From assembly GCA_043820815.1 (NCBI GenBank), contig JBDRDJ010000007.1, forward strand, positions 30,544 to 94,543: a DNA stretch of 64,000 nucleotides. The letters run 5' to 3'. The stretch is from Candidatus Omnitrophota bacterium. GTDB taxonomy: Bacteria; Omnitrophota; Gorgyraeia; Duberdicusellales; 4484-171. Shown one piece after another: positions 18,952 through 27,672 of the stretch; within the stretch, counting starts at the first letter, position 1; the number at the start of each line of letters is the position of its first letter. Made by a program: the position numbers and the translations under genes. Below the pieces are notes generated by a model that had not been told where the DNA came from, searched no databases, and saw nothing but the letters and a program-made list of their open reading frames with translations.

Positions 18952-19696
18952 GATTTACTCCTTGAAGTTCGCCGGCCGCCTCAAATGCCGCCTTTATCAT
19001 CTTCATCTCGGATTCAAAGAATCTGAAATCGGTAAACCCTAATTCACCGGTAATAATATTATCGGAAACACTTAAAACAACTGCGACTTTCTTCTTGTAA
19101 ATATTGGCTACCGTAACAAAAGGGCTTGTTACCATATCAACGGCAATCGCTCCTCTTTCAATATAAGGATTGACAATCTCTTTGGTTTCTCTAAAAAGAG
19201 CGTCTGTTGTCCAAACACCTCCGCAATGCGCGGTTGAAACCTTTTTAAAAATAGCGGCGAGTTCTTGAGTTAAACTTTTATCAACTTCGGGTTTAAAACT
19301 ATCGTCTACATAATACCTTGTTGCCCCGTCTCCGCGCAAGATAGAATCGGCAATTATAAAATCTCCTATCTGTATATCTTTTCTTAAGGCGCCGCAAGAA
19401 CCTATTCTGATCAGAGTGTTAACACCTGCGGTGCAGATAAGCTCGGTAACAAAAGCTGAATCGGGCGCGTAGAAACCGCCGTTGCCGACTGTCACCCTCT
19501 TCCCTTTATATGTACCTGTCCAAAAAGTATACCCCAGGAAAGTGAAGTTTTTAACGGCGTTTTCAAGCTCACCAACGCACATTTTAGCGCGTTGAGGCTG
19601 GCCGCTTATTATGGCAATGTCGGCAAAATCTCCTTCTTTAAATTGCAGTGAATCGAGTAAATCTTTAGGTTTTAAGTGCACGTCTCTTTGCATCAT
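18944..19696 (-). CDS. Nucleoside phosphorylase family (PNP_UDP_1) protein
   Basis: 250 aa. RIGSCGAL..IGDFIIADS..RGDGATRYY and AVDMV..VLSVSD segments parallel DeoD/Udp/MTA-phosphorylase-type enzymes. Confidence 0.65.
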   Translation of the reverse strand: MMQRDVHLKPKDLLDSLQFKEGDFADIAIISGQPQRAKMCVGELENAVKNFTFLGYTFWTGTYKGKRVTVGNGGFYAPDSAFVTELICTAGVNTLIRIGSCGALRKDIQIGDFIIADSILRGDGATRYYVDDSFKPEVDKSLTQELAAIFKKVSTAHCGGVWTTDALFRETKEIVNPYIERGAIAVDMVTSPFVTVANIYKKKVAVVLSVSDNIITGELGFTDFRFFESEMKMIKAAFEAAGELQGVNHG

Positions 19697-19711
19697 GGCT
19701 GAACCTCCTGC

Positions 19712-21256
19712 TTAGCGGGTTGTGCCTGCATTGCGGCCAGGCAAAGACTGTTGGCTGTTGGCTAATTTGGCTTTATCCACCTTTCCTGTTCTATTTTTTG
19801 GTAAATTATCTAAAAACTCGAAGTAATGAGGTATTTTAAAATGCGCAAGATGGATTTTAAGAAAGTTTTTTAATTCATCTAAGGTGATTGTTTGATTATC
19901 TTTGGCAACTATAAAGGCCTTGGGAACCTCTCCGCGCATTCTGTCAGGTATGCCTATTACCGCGGCTTCTTTAACTTTTGAAAACTTATGAATTTTCTCC
20001 TCTACTTCTGCCGAGAAAACAATCTCTCCGGCAACTTTTATCATATCCTTTTTCCTTCCCGCTATATAATAAAACCCTTCGCTGTCACACCTTGCTATAT
20101 CGCCGGTTTTAAACCAGCCGTCTTGGGTTAAAGATTCATTTGTTAAATCAGCTGCTTTGTAATACCCTGGAGTTATTGCTGCCCCTTTTACCCAAAGCTC
20201 ACCCTGGCCTTGGCCTTCTATAGAATCTCCTGAATCATTTACTATTTTGGCCTGCGTGCTATAGCCGAATTTTCCGATACTTGAAAGCTTTGTTTCATCA
20301 TGAGGAGAAAAAGTATTGGGCGCGGCGGTTTCGGTCATGCCCCAGCCGTTTAAAACGCGCGCCTCGGGACAGGCAAGGTGGAATTTCTGCAATAGGGCAG
20401 GTGATGAAGGAGCGCCGAACACAACCGCGTAGCGCAAAGAAGAAAGGTCAAACCTCTCATATTCTTTTAGTGAAAGAATCGCCATATACATTGCGGGGAC
20501 TATACAGAAAACTGATACTTTAAATCTCTCTATGCTCTTTAAAAATTCAAAAGGATTAAACCTCTCCATAAGGACAAGCTTTGACCCAAACTTAAGCATA
20601 AGAAGAATGTAATCAAGGCCTCCCACATGGGAAAAAGGAACCCCGCCGCATAGAAATATATCATTATCGGTAACCGACAAGAAATGGTTTATGGTATCAG
20701 GCGGGTTATCGAGATGGGCATGAGTTAATATTACCCCTTTTGGTTTTCCGGTTGAGCCTGATGTGTAAAAAATTGATGAAAAGTCACCTGCGCCTGCTTC
20801 AACAGCAGGTTCAGTAACATTTCCGTTTTCAATTACCTCATCCAAAAAAATAAAATTTCCTGTTTTTTCTTTAGCTACAACTATATTCTTGAGACCCGGG
20901 CAATTATTGATAATATTATCGAAATTTATACCTTTGCGCGGCTGGGCAATTAATATTTTTGCCTCGCTGTGGTTTATAAAATGTATTATCTCTTCTTCGG
21001 TTAACATAAAATCTAGAGGAACAACCACAGCCCCGGCACAATATATCCCTAAAAGGCTGTTAATTGCCTGGCCTGTATTTGACATAAAAACAGCAGTTTT
21101 GTCTCCTTTTTCTATACCTGAATCAAGAAGGTAATTAGCTATTTTAAAAGAATTGTTTTTAATTTCATTAAAAGAAATTTCAATGCCATTAAAAACAATT
21201 GCGGTTTTATCCTTATATTTACCGGCCTGTTCCAATAACAGATTTTTTACATTCAT
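19712..21256 (-). CDS. AMP-dependent synthetase/ligase (acyl/aryl-CoA or -ACP ligase)
   Basis: 514 aa. Contains FYTSGSTGKPKGV, GWGMTE, WFKTGDIA and PKNRTGKVDK. Confidence 0.85.
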   Translation of the reverse strand: MNVKNLLLEQAGKYKDKTAIVFNGIEISFNEIKNNSFKIANYLLDSGIEKGDKTAVFMSNTGQAINSLLGIYCAGAVVVPLDFMLTEEEIIHFINHSEAKILIAQPRKGINFDNIINNCPGLKNIVVAKEKTGNFIFLDEVIENGNVTEPAVEAGAGDFSSIFYTSGSTGKPKGVILTHAHLDNPPDTINHFLSVTDNDIFLCGGVPFSHVGGLDYILLMLKFGSKLVLMERFNPFEFLKSIERFKVSVFCIVPAMYMAILSLKEYERFDLSSLRYAVVFGAPSSPALLQKFHLACPEARVLNGWGMTETAAPNTFSPHDETKLSSIGKFGYSTQAKIVNDSGDSIEGQGQGELWVKGAAITPGYYKAADLTNESLTQDGWFKTGDIARCDSEGFYYIAGRKKDMIKVAGEIVFSAEVEEKIHKFSKVKEAAVIGIPDRMRGEVPKAFIVAKDNQTITLDELKNFLKIHLAHFKIPHYFEFLDNLPKNRTGKVDKAKLANSQQSLPGRNAGTTR

Positions 21257-21338
21257 AAATTTCTCCTAAATCCACAAACTTTAGGCAGAACTAAACAAAC
21301 AGTCCTAATTTTTTTAGGGGAAAGTAGTAAAATTTAAT

Positions 21339-21373
21339 TAGTAAAATTTTACTATTTTTGCCTATTTCGTCAA
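21339..21373 (-). promoter_or_regulatory. Sigma70-like promoter overlapped by a 16-bp perfect palindrome (candidate operator), upstream of the AMP-ligase/PKS array
   Basis: The minus strand reads TTGACG (21373-21368), a 16-nt spacer, then TAAAAT (21351-21346). The palindrome TAGTAAAATTTTACTA spans 21339-21354 and covers the -10 box. An extra half-site, TAGTAAAATTT, lies at 21325-21335. Confidence 0.45.
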
Positions 21374-21427
21374 GTAATATATTATACGGGAGTTTCCCCA
21401 TTTTTTAAATCTAAGAAACTCCCGATT

Positions 21428-21501
21428 GATTACTGAGATTGGGGAAAGATTACTGAGATTAAAATTATTCTTATTTTACAGCACTTTTAATCTCTGTAAT
21501 C
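21428..21501. repeat. 13-mer repeats: GATTACTGAGATT twice in direct orientation (20-bp period) plus one inverted copy
   Basis: Direct copies at 21428-21440 and 21448-21460 are identical. 21489-21501 (AATCTCTGTAATC) is the reverse complement with 1 mismatch. Confidence 0.6.
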
Positions 21502-21688
21502 TGTCTTAAGTCTTTGTAATCATGGATATTCCCCAAAATACAGGGATTCAGATATTATTTTTCTTAACTGTTTATGGTTAAACTCTTTATGAAAAACAAT
21601 ATATTAATTTTGGGGAATGTCCAAATATATTATATAGCAGGGGCGGCCCGCCCGTTAAGGTACACATTACCGTTATTTTGGGTTAATA

Positions 21689-24600
21689 TCAGTTGAAAAG
21701 GGAAGTTAAATCGCCTAGGGTTTTAACCGGTTTGATTTCAATTATTCGGAAGGTGAAACCTTCGAAATCCTCAATATCAAAAGGCATAATAAACTCGGAA
21801 GCTTGAGGTATATCTGCGGCACCTATGGGGCCTCTGCGAACCTCTAAATCGAGGTTCGCAGAGTTTAGATCAATGCCGCCGGGATGGTTACCTTCTCTAT
21901 CAGGCGAGACGCCAGCTTCTCTCCCGGCGGCTTGTGCCGGCGAAGATGTTTGCATTTTTTCTCTAATTTGCCTGTTTTCGCGCTCAAGATGCGCTATCGC
22001 ATTAATTGCTTCTGGGTGCCTATTTCTGAACGCCTCCCCCATGGCCGAAAGAGGCACATTTCCCATTCCACTCTGTAACTCAGCGATATCTTCTTTCAAT
22101 CTATCTATTAGCATAGTATTAAACGCTAACCTGAATGCGGTTTCAAAACCTGCTTGTTTAACAAAAGAAGGGTACAGCCTTAACCCTTTTCTATCTCTCC
22201 AGGAAAATCCCTGATCGGCAGGCCCGATATGCACTTGGCTATCTAATTCTATCCTGACCCCTATTTCGCGGCGCACATCTTCTGATATTATCCCACCATC
22301 CTCGGCTTGATCTAAAACTGCCTTAACCTGCCTTTCTTCTTCTGCATTTAATTGCCTGCTAATTATAGCGCGGGCTGTATCGCCGGATATCTCATTAAGC
22401 ATATCTATATGTTTTTGAACATGCAGCTCTACCTTTTCGAAGTCCTCATCTGCAAAACCAAACAAGAATTGGGAATCCGACCATACTTCAGCATAATGCT
22501 TAAGTCCTGAAGTTATGCTTCTTTGTCCATACCCTAAGAGTTCTCCTTGTTTTTCTGCTTTAAATATCTTTTCAAGAAGTTCATAGATATCTTCATAATT
22601 ACTTCCAAATTGCTCATAAAAAGGGTCCTCTAATATTCTCTCCACTTTTTGCCTGTTAAAAATCAGCATCTTACCGTCTTCTAAAAATTTCCGATCCGGG
22701 CTTAAAAGTTGAGGGTCAGCTGCGGCTGAATCTATCAATTTATTAACCACCCTTATGTTTTGTTTATCAGAATTATCGAGCAAAAACGCCGGCTTAACTC
22801 CTGACAAAACCAGGGCTACTTGAAGAACAAAAGGGTTGTTTTGATTTCGCCTGACAAAATTCTTAAGCTTCTCGGCGTCTTCTTCTGATAAGACAGAGCT
22901 GGATACATTACTCTTTAATAAGCCTAATTCTCTAAGCTTTGAAAGGGCTTCCTCATCTTTAAGGTTTATCCATTGTCCAGATTTCTCGGTATAAAAAACA
23001 TCGAGCCTTCTGTTTTCGTCTATCGCCGCAATAAATGAAATTATTGCCAGCTTGTCCCCTTTATCTTTATCTATATCTTCATCTGAAGGCTCTGAATCCG
23101 TTCCGAGAGGATGAGTATGCCCACTATAGTTTGTTATATCATGTAATGAACTTGTCATTGCAATTACATCATCATTCCGCTGTAAATTCTCAGGAATCGA
23201 AGGCCTGCCATTTGAAATGCAAATAATATTTACTTCCTCATGCGGAATTATCCTTATGCTTCTTTCTCCTTTATAACTCAAAAGGCCTCTTAACTCGCTT
23301 TCATTAATTGCCTCAACTACAAATTGTAATCCCGGAGGCGCATTATTACAATACATCTTAAACTGATTATATGAAATAGTGCGGCTTTTTAATATTTGTA
23401 AATATACTTTTTTTGCTGTTTCTGACTCATCAACCGCCGCCGCTATGCCGTAGACGGCTTGATGCAAAGCCTTAGCCCCTTCATCTGTTTCATCAATAAC
23501 AGTAAATAAAGGCAGGCCCAACTGTAACATAGCAAGAAATCTACCTAATTCTTCTTCGTTGAAGAACTCGGAGTCTTCGCTTATATCCTTTAAAGAAACT
23601 AAAAATTCCTCGGCTTTTTTATTAACCTCTTGATTATGGGGATTAAAATTATTATCCCATAAACTTCTAAGCAATCCTGCTGCGTTAGCTAATGCTTGAT
23701 TCTTAAAGGTAAAGCTGTCGACGCCTGTATTAGGGCGTAATTTTGATAATGCAAAACTTGTAAAATCCTGCGAAAGGTAACTGCTTAGAGCCTGTTCAAT
23801 AGAACGTTGTTCCAATCTAAGGCTCCCGTTTTCTAGGCCTTCGGTGCCGGCAATAAAATAGAAATCACTTTTAGATACAAATCTAACTAACTTCTCTCTT
23901 GAATTATATTTGTCCCTTAAATAATTCTCAATAAAGGCAAAAGAAAAATCAATCCATAAGTATTCTTCCTGTGAAATATTATATATATCTTTGGCTAAGC
24001 GTGAGATAATCTCATCATAGGAATATCCGGAGAGGTTACCGCTCTGCATAATACCAAGTTCATCATAGAAATCCACGATTATTTGAGAAGGGCCCTCTAT
24101 GGTTTCAATATACGCCGGGCTTATTCCTAAATCATCGGCGGAATTTGAAAGGTTTCTTGCAACCTCCTTTAGCTTCTCGCCTCCTCTTAAAACCCATTGA
24201 TCTAATATTCCCCCCTCTGAATAAAATAAATCGCGCGCTTTTAGCAATGCTTTAACAAGCTCATCTTCTGTGCCTAAACCTTCCACATCAAAAAGCTCAT
24301 CATAAACCTCTTTGATTTCATCATAAAGAGCTTTTATCTTCTCATCTTTAAGGCGAGTTTCTATGAGCTCCTTTTCCTCGTCAAATAAAGGCATTGGGCC
24401 TTTGTTGGTTATGGGTGAGCTTGATTTTACAGCCAACCTATCCTCGCTGGAGGCAGGCGAGGAAACCATGTTTGTACTTTGAAGCTCTACTTTGGTCTTA
24501 AAGATACTTCCAACAGGATTAAGCAATTGTTGGTTTGGGCTTATGCTTGATGAACTCACTATATTAAAAGATAAAGCTGTAAAATCGCAGCCTCCGGAAT

Positions 24601-25735
24601 AATATCTTCTGTTTATTTGTTTTTGTGTTTGAGGCTCTGTGTCGGTTCTTATATAGTCATAAACGCCTTTTTTGTATGCTTCTAAATATGTGTTATAAAT
24701 CTTCTCCCTGACCTTTTTATCCTCAACATCCACGCCTTTAACTTTGCATTTGTCGATATACAAATTTGATAGCACGTTTCGGTGTTCGGTTAGAATATAT
24801 GTGGGCTCTTTGAGGCGGCGCTTGAACCAAACTGCCAGGATCAGGGAATTGTAAACCTGCCTGAGCTGTGCAAAATTCTTCCCCGCATTAACCTCCTTCT
24901 CAACCGCAGGGACTATAATTTCCCTCATCACATCGGAAGCAAACTCATTTACTCGTTCTGCGGAATGCGACCAAAGGGAACCCCGAGTACCCCCGAGGAG
25001 CGGGGTGCGGAATGCGCTATTTGTTAGTTGAAATTTGTCATTGGTCATTTGGGCATTATTTAATGCTAAATAATCCTCTTCAAGCATGACTTTCAAATTG
25101 CTCTCTAAAACATAAGCGCTGTTTCCGTCTTCATAAACGACTGCTTTACCGGGCACAATCCATATTTTGTTAAAAGTATTTATGGGGATATTAGTTGTGC
25201 CGTAGGCAATTTGAGCACGCCTGTAGATCTCCTCCCAGAATTTCTTACCCAGCGGGCTCTCAGGATAGGTAACCGATGAAAGAAGTTGTTTTAAAACATA
25301 ATCCTGGGACAAGAGGCCTTTGCCCATCTCGGTTACGCCCAAATCATCGGTTGTGATTCTATCTTTTTCATAGGGGGATAGATTAACCCAGAGGTCTTTA
25401 TCTGGAATTGTTAATGCGGCAAGAAAGTATTTAATAAGCTGCGATGTTTCTCTTCTTAAACTTTCACTTTCAATTTGAGAATCTCCGCTATCTAAGAGAA
25501 AAACGAATTTGAAAGGATCGTCGGAATAAAGCGTGATTCCCCGTATTAAAGAAGGGGTAAATTGTTCGCTTAAAGGAATAAGCGCCTTGGGCTCTGGTAA
25601 AAATGCCGCATAGGCAGGAATTTTAGATTTATTTAGATAAATAACCGCGCTTGATAAGATAAAAGAAACGCACAGAAAGATAACTATTGCTTTAAATGAT
25701 ATCGAGGCCTTTTCTCGCGATAATAAGATAAACAT
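21689..25735 (-). CDS. Giant (1348 aa) membrane-anchored hypothetical protein with an internal JAB/MPN-like metalloprotease motif
   Basis: Uninterrupted 4-kb ORF. N-terminal hydrophobic anchor (AIVIFLCVSFILSSAVIYL). GHTHPLGTDSEPSDED is encoded at 23075-23122. The C-terminal tail reads PGGIDLNSANLDLEVRRG..FEGFTFRIIEIKPV. I recognise no other domain. Confidence 0.8.
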   Translation of the reverse strand: MFILLSREKASISFKAIVIFLCVSFILSSAVIYLNKSKIPAYAAFLPEPKALIPLSEQFTPSLIRGITLYSDDPFKFVFLLDSGDSQIESESLRRETSQLIKYFLAALTIPDKDLWVNLSPYEKDRITTDDLGVTEMGKGLLSQDYVLKQLLSSVTYPESPLGKKFWEEIYRRAQIAYGTTNIPINTFNKIWIVPGKAVVYEDGNSAYVLESNLKVMLEEDYLALNNAQMTNDKFQLTNSAFRTPLLGGTRGSLWSHSAERVNEFASDVMREIIVPAVEKEVNAGKNFAQLRQVYNSLILAVWFKRRLKEPTYILTEHRNVLSNLYIDKCKVKGVDVEDKKVREKIYNTYLEAYKKGVYDYIRTDTEPQTQKQINRRYYSGGCDFTALSFNIVSSSSISPNQQLLNPVGSIFKTKVELQSTNMVSSPASSEDRLAVKSSSPITNKGPMPLFDEEKELIETRLKDEKIKALYDEIKEVYDELFDVEGLGTEDELVKALLKARDLFYSEGGILDQWVLRGGEKLKEVARNLSNSADDLGISPAYIETIEGPSQIIVDFYDELGIMQSGNLSGYSYDEIISRLAKDIYNISQEEYLWIDFSFAFIENYLRDKYNSREKLVRFVSKSDFYFIAGTEGLENGSLRLEQRSIEQALSSYLSQDFTSFALSKLRPNTGVDSFTFKNQALANAAGLLRSLWDNNFNPHNQEVNKKAEEFLVSLKDISEDSEFFNEEELGRFLAMLQLGLPLFTVIDETDEGAKALHQAVYGIAAAVDESETAKKVYLQILKSRTISYNQFKMYCNNAPPGLQFVVEAINESELRGLLSYKGERSIRIIPHEEVNIICISNGRPSIPENLQRNDDVIAMTSSLHDITNYSGHTHPLGTDSEPSDEDIDKDKGDKLAIISFIAAIDENRRLDVFYTEKSGQWINLKDEEALSKLRELGLLKSNVSSSVLSEEDAEKLKNFVRRNQNNPFVLQVALVLSGVKPAFLLDNSDKQNIRVVNKLIDSAAADPQLLSPDRKFLEDGKMLIFNRQKVERILEDPFYEQFGSNYEDIYELLEKIFKAEKQGELLGYGQRSITSGLKHYAEVWSDSQFLFGFADEDFEKVELHVQKHIDMLNEISGDTARAIISRQLNAEEERQVKAVLDQAEDGGIISEDVRREIGVRIELDSQVHIGPADQGFSWRDRKGLRLYPSFVKQAGFETAFRLAFNTMLIDRLKEDIAELQSGMGNVPLSAMGEAFRNRHPEAINAIAHLERENRQIREKMQTSSPAQAAGREAGVSPDREGNHPGGIDLNSANLDLEVRRGPIGAADIPQASEFIMPFDIEDFEGFTFRIIEIKPVKTLGDLTSLFN

Positions 25736-25835
25736 TAATTTAACCCTTAATAATATAGTATGTTAGATATATTAGATATAGGTAAGAAGGTAACCATATA
25801 AATGTAACATATATGGGACAAAAAAACCTTATAAA

Positions 25836-27002
25836 TCAATGTTTTTCCGAAAACGTTTTCATCTTAGAGAAAAGGGCGAGGCATTCAAGGTGGCGGGTGT
25901 GGGGAAAAAAATCAAAAGGTTCTATAAAGTTAACTTGATATGCATCAGTTAATCCTTTTAAGTCACGGAAAAGAGCATCGACATTGCATGATGAGTAGAT
26001 TATTTTCTTGGGATTAAGGCGCATTACCGCCCGGATTATTTTATTTGAAAGGCCGCTTCTTGGCGGGTTTATAACCACTAAATCGGTATTTTTGTAAAAT
26101 GTCCCCTGGGTATTAAGAAATTTTCTTACATCCGCAACGAAAAAAGAAATATTTTCTGTATTATTTATCTTTGCATTCTCCCAGGCCATATCAATTATTT
26201 CACTGCTCACCTCAACTCCCCATACAAACTTTGCCTGTTTTGAAAGATAAAGGCCGATTGAACCGGCACCGCAGAAAAGGTCAAGCACTGATTTACTATC
26301 GTCTAAGTCAGCATACTCTTTTATTTTATTATAGAAACCCACTGTTGCTTTTGGGTTAACCTGAGAGAAAGTATCAATGCTGATTTTAAAAGCCATATCG
26401 CCTAATTTTTCTAAAATCCAGGCCTCTCCATAAAGAAGCTCTTTTTCCTCAAAAACAACCGCATCAGATAAAGAATCGCTTGTAATAAGATAAATTGATT
26501 TAATTGCGCTTTTAAGTTTTAGAGGCGCCAGCACCTTAATAAACCCCTCTTTATCAAAACTGTTTTGCGAACTGACAGTTATCCCGACCATAGTTTCATT
26601 AGTAAATTTTGTCTGGCGCAGTATTAAATACCTTAGAAAGCCTTTATGTGAATATTTGTTATAAACTTCATAACTTCTCTCTTTAGAGAATTTTTTTACG
26701 GTATCTAAAATCAGCCCTGTATCAGGCGAGAAAATAAGGCACTCTTCAATATCAACCAGCTTTCCTTTTTTTAATTTGCTGTATAAACCGCATAAAATAT
26801 TACCGTTTGAAGAAAAACTAAACTCCATTTTGTTCCGGTAATACCATTCTTCTGAAGGGTTAATTGGTTTAATATCAGTTTTTATATCGCAGGCAGACAT
26901 TAAATTCTTAACCTTATCCAGCTTATGAATGAGCTGCTCTTTATAGGGGATATCTTGGTAGCTGCACCCCCCGCAATCTCCGAAATGTTTACATAGTTTC
27001 AT
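25836..27002 (-). CDS. 23S rRNA (uracil-C5)-methyltransferase, RlmD/RumA (TrmA) family
   Basis: 388 aa. CKHFGDCGGCSYQ Fe-S motif, a DLFCGAGSIG SAM motif, then SCNVDALFRDL and FDFFPHTRHLECLALF. Confidence 0.8.
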   Translation of the reverse strand: MKLCKHFGDCGGCSYQDIPYKEQLIHKLDKVKNLMSACDIKTDIKPINPSEEWYYRNKMEFSFSSNGNILCGLYSKLKKGKLVDIEECLIFSPDTGLILDTVKKFSKERSYEVYNKYSHKGFLRYLILRQTKFTNETMVGITVSSQNSFDKEGFIKVLAPLKLKSAIKSIYLITSDSLSDAVVFEEKELLYGEAWILEKLGDMAFKISIDTFSQVNPKATVGFYNKIKEYADLDDSKSVLDLFCGAGSIGLYLSKQAKFVWGVEVSSEIIDMAWENAKINNTENISFFVADVRKFLNTQGTFYKNTDLVVINPPRSGLSNKIIRAVMRLNPKKIIYSSCNVDALFRDLKGLTDAYQVNFIEPFDFFPHTRHLECLALFSKMKTFSEKH

Positions 27003-27043
27003 AGATTTATTCTCTTATTATTCGCATATATTATCTCGTTTTT

Positions 27044-27153
27044 AATGACGAAGCCAGAATGACTAATGAAGAATTAATGACTAAATGTGTAAATGTCGAA
27101 ATCACTTCGGCATTTGTCATTCTTAATTAATTAGTCATTCCTCATTCGTCATT
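27044..27153. repeat. 110-bp palindromic repeat element, copy 1 (MITE/REP-like)
   Basis: Bounded by perfect 9-bp inverted termini AATGACGAA / TTCGTCATT. The arms are rich in AATGAC/GTCATT hexamers and a TTAATTAA core. It is the same length as the copy at 34551-34660, with arms about 85-90% identical. Confidence 0.75.
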
Positions 27154-27159
27154 AGTCAT

Positions 27160-27657
27160 TTATCTATATACCATAAGGTTTTTTAGGGGTTTGCGTTTTC
27201 CGGATTTTGATATTTGTGCAGGTTTACCCAAAGCAATAACCGCCTCGAGCTCTAAGTTTCTAGGTGTTTTTAGCAATTTATAAATTTCCTTTCTCTTATT
27301 TAGTATTTCACCCAGCCAGCAAGCACCTAATCCTTTGGAATGAATAACTAAAAGTATATTTTGAATACACGCCCCTATTGCCAAAAGGTCCTTTTCGCAG
27401 TTATACGAAGTTTCTTTATTAAGGAAGATAAGAATTGTCTTATTACAATCTTTAACGATATGAGAATAATGTGTGTAACCAGCCAAAGAATCCTTTTGTT
27501 CTTCCCCAAGAACCATAAACTGCCATGGCTGATTATTGAGCCCTGAAGGCGCCCATCTTCCCGCTTCTAAAATATCGTTAATATCGGAATCTGAAACGCT
27601 ATCTTTCTTAAATTTCCTAACCGACCTTCGCTCTTTTATTAATTGTAATAAATCCAT
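27160..27657 (-). CDS. Nitroreductase family protein
   Basis: MDLLQLIKERRSVRKF is a typical nitroreductase N-terminus, followed by RWAPSGLNNQPW. The ORF-track extension to 27750 overlaps era and the heptamer repeat, so I reject it. Confidence 0.8.
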   Translation of the reverse strand: MDLLQLIKERRSVRKFKKDSVSDSDINDILEAGRWAPSGLNNQPWQFMVLGEEQKDSLAGYTHYSHIVKDCNKTILIFLNKETSYNCEKDLLAIGACIQNILLVIHSKGLGACWLGEILNKRKEIYKLLKTPRNLELEAVIALGKPAQISKSGKRKPLKNLMVYR

Positions 27658-27672
27658 GGGTTGCCTCTTTTT

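Noticed and set aside
21547-21636. A small plus-strand ORF (about 21 aa, MVKLFMKNNILILGNVQIYYI) in the 432-bp intergenic region.
   Set aside because: It has no RBS, is AT-rich low-complexity sequence, and lies between the arms of an inverted repeat. There is no support for coding.
24959-25016. An 11-bp direct repeat, TGCGGAATGCG (24959-24969 / 25006-25016), flanking a GC-rich mini-hairpin inside the giant ORF. It could be a target-site duplication from an insertion.
   Set aside because: The repeat spacing is 47 bp, not a multiple of 3, yet the ORF is intact. The two copies are read in different frames. It is most likely coincidence in a variable linker region. It could be revisited if homologues lack this segment.
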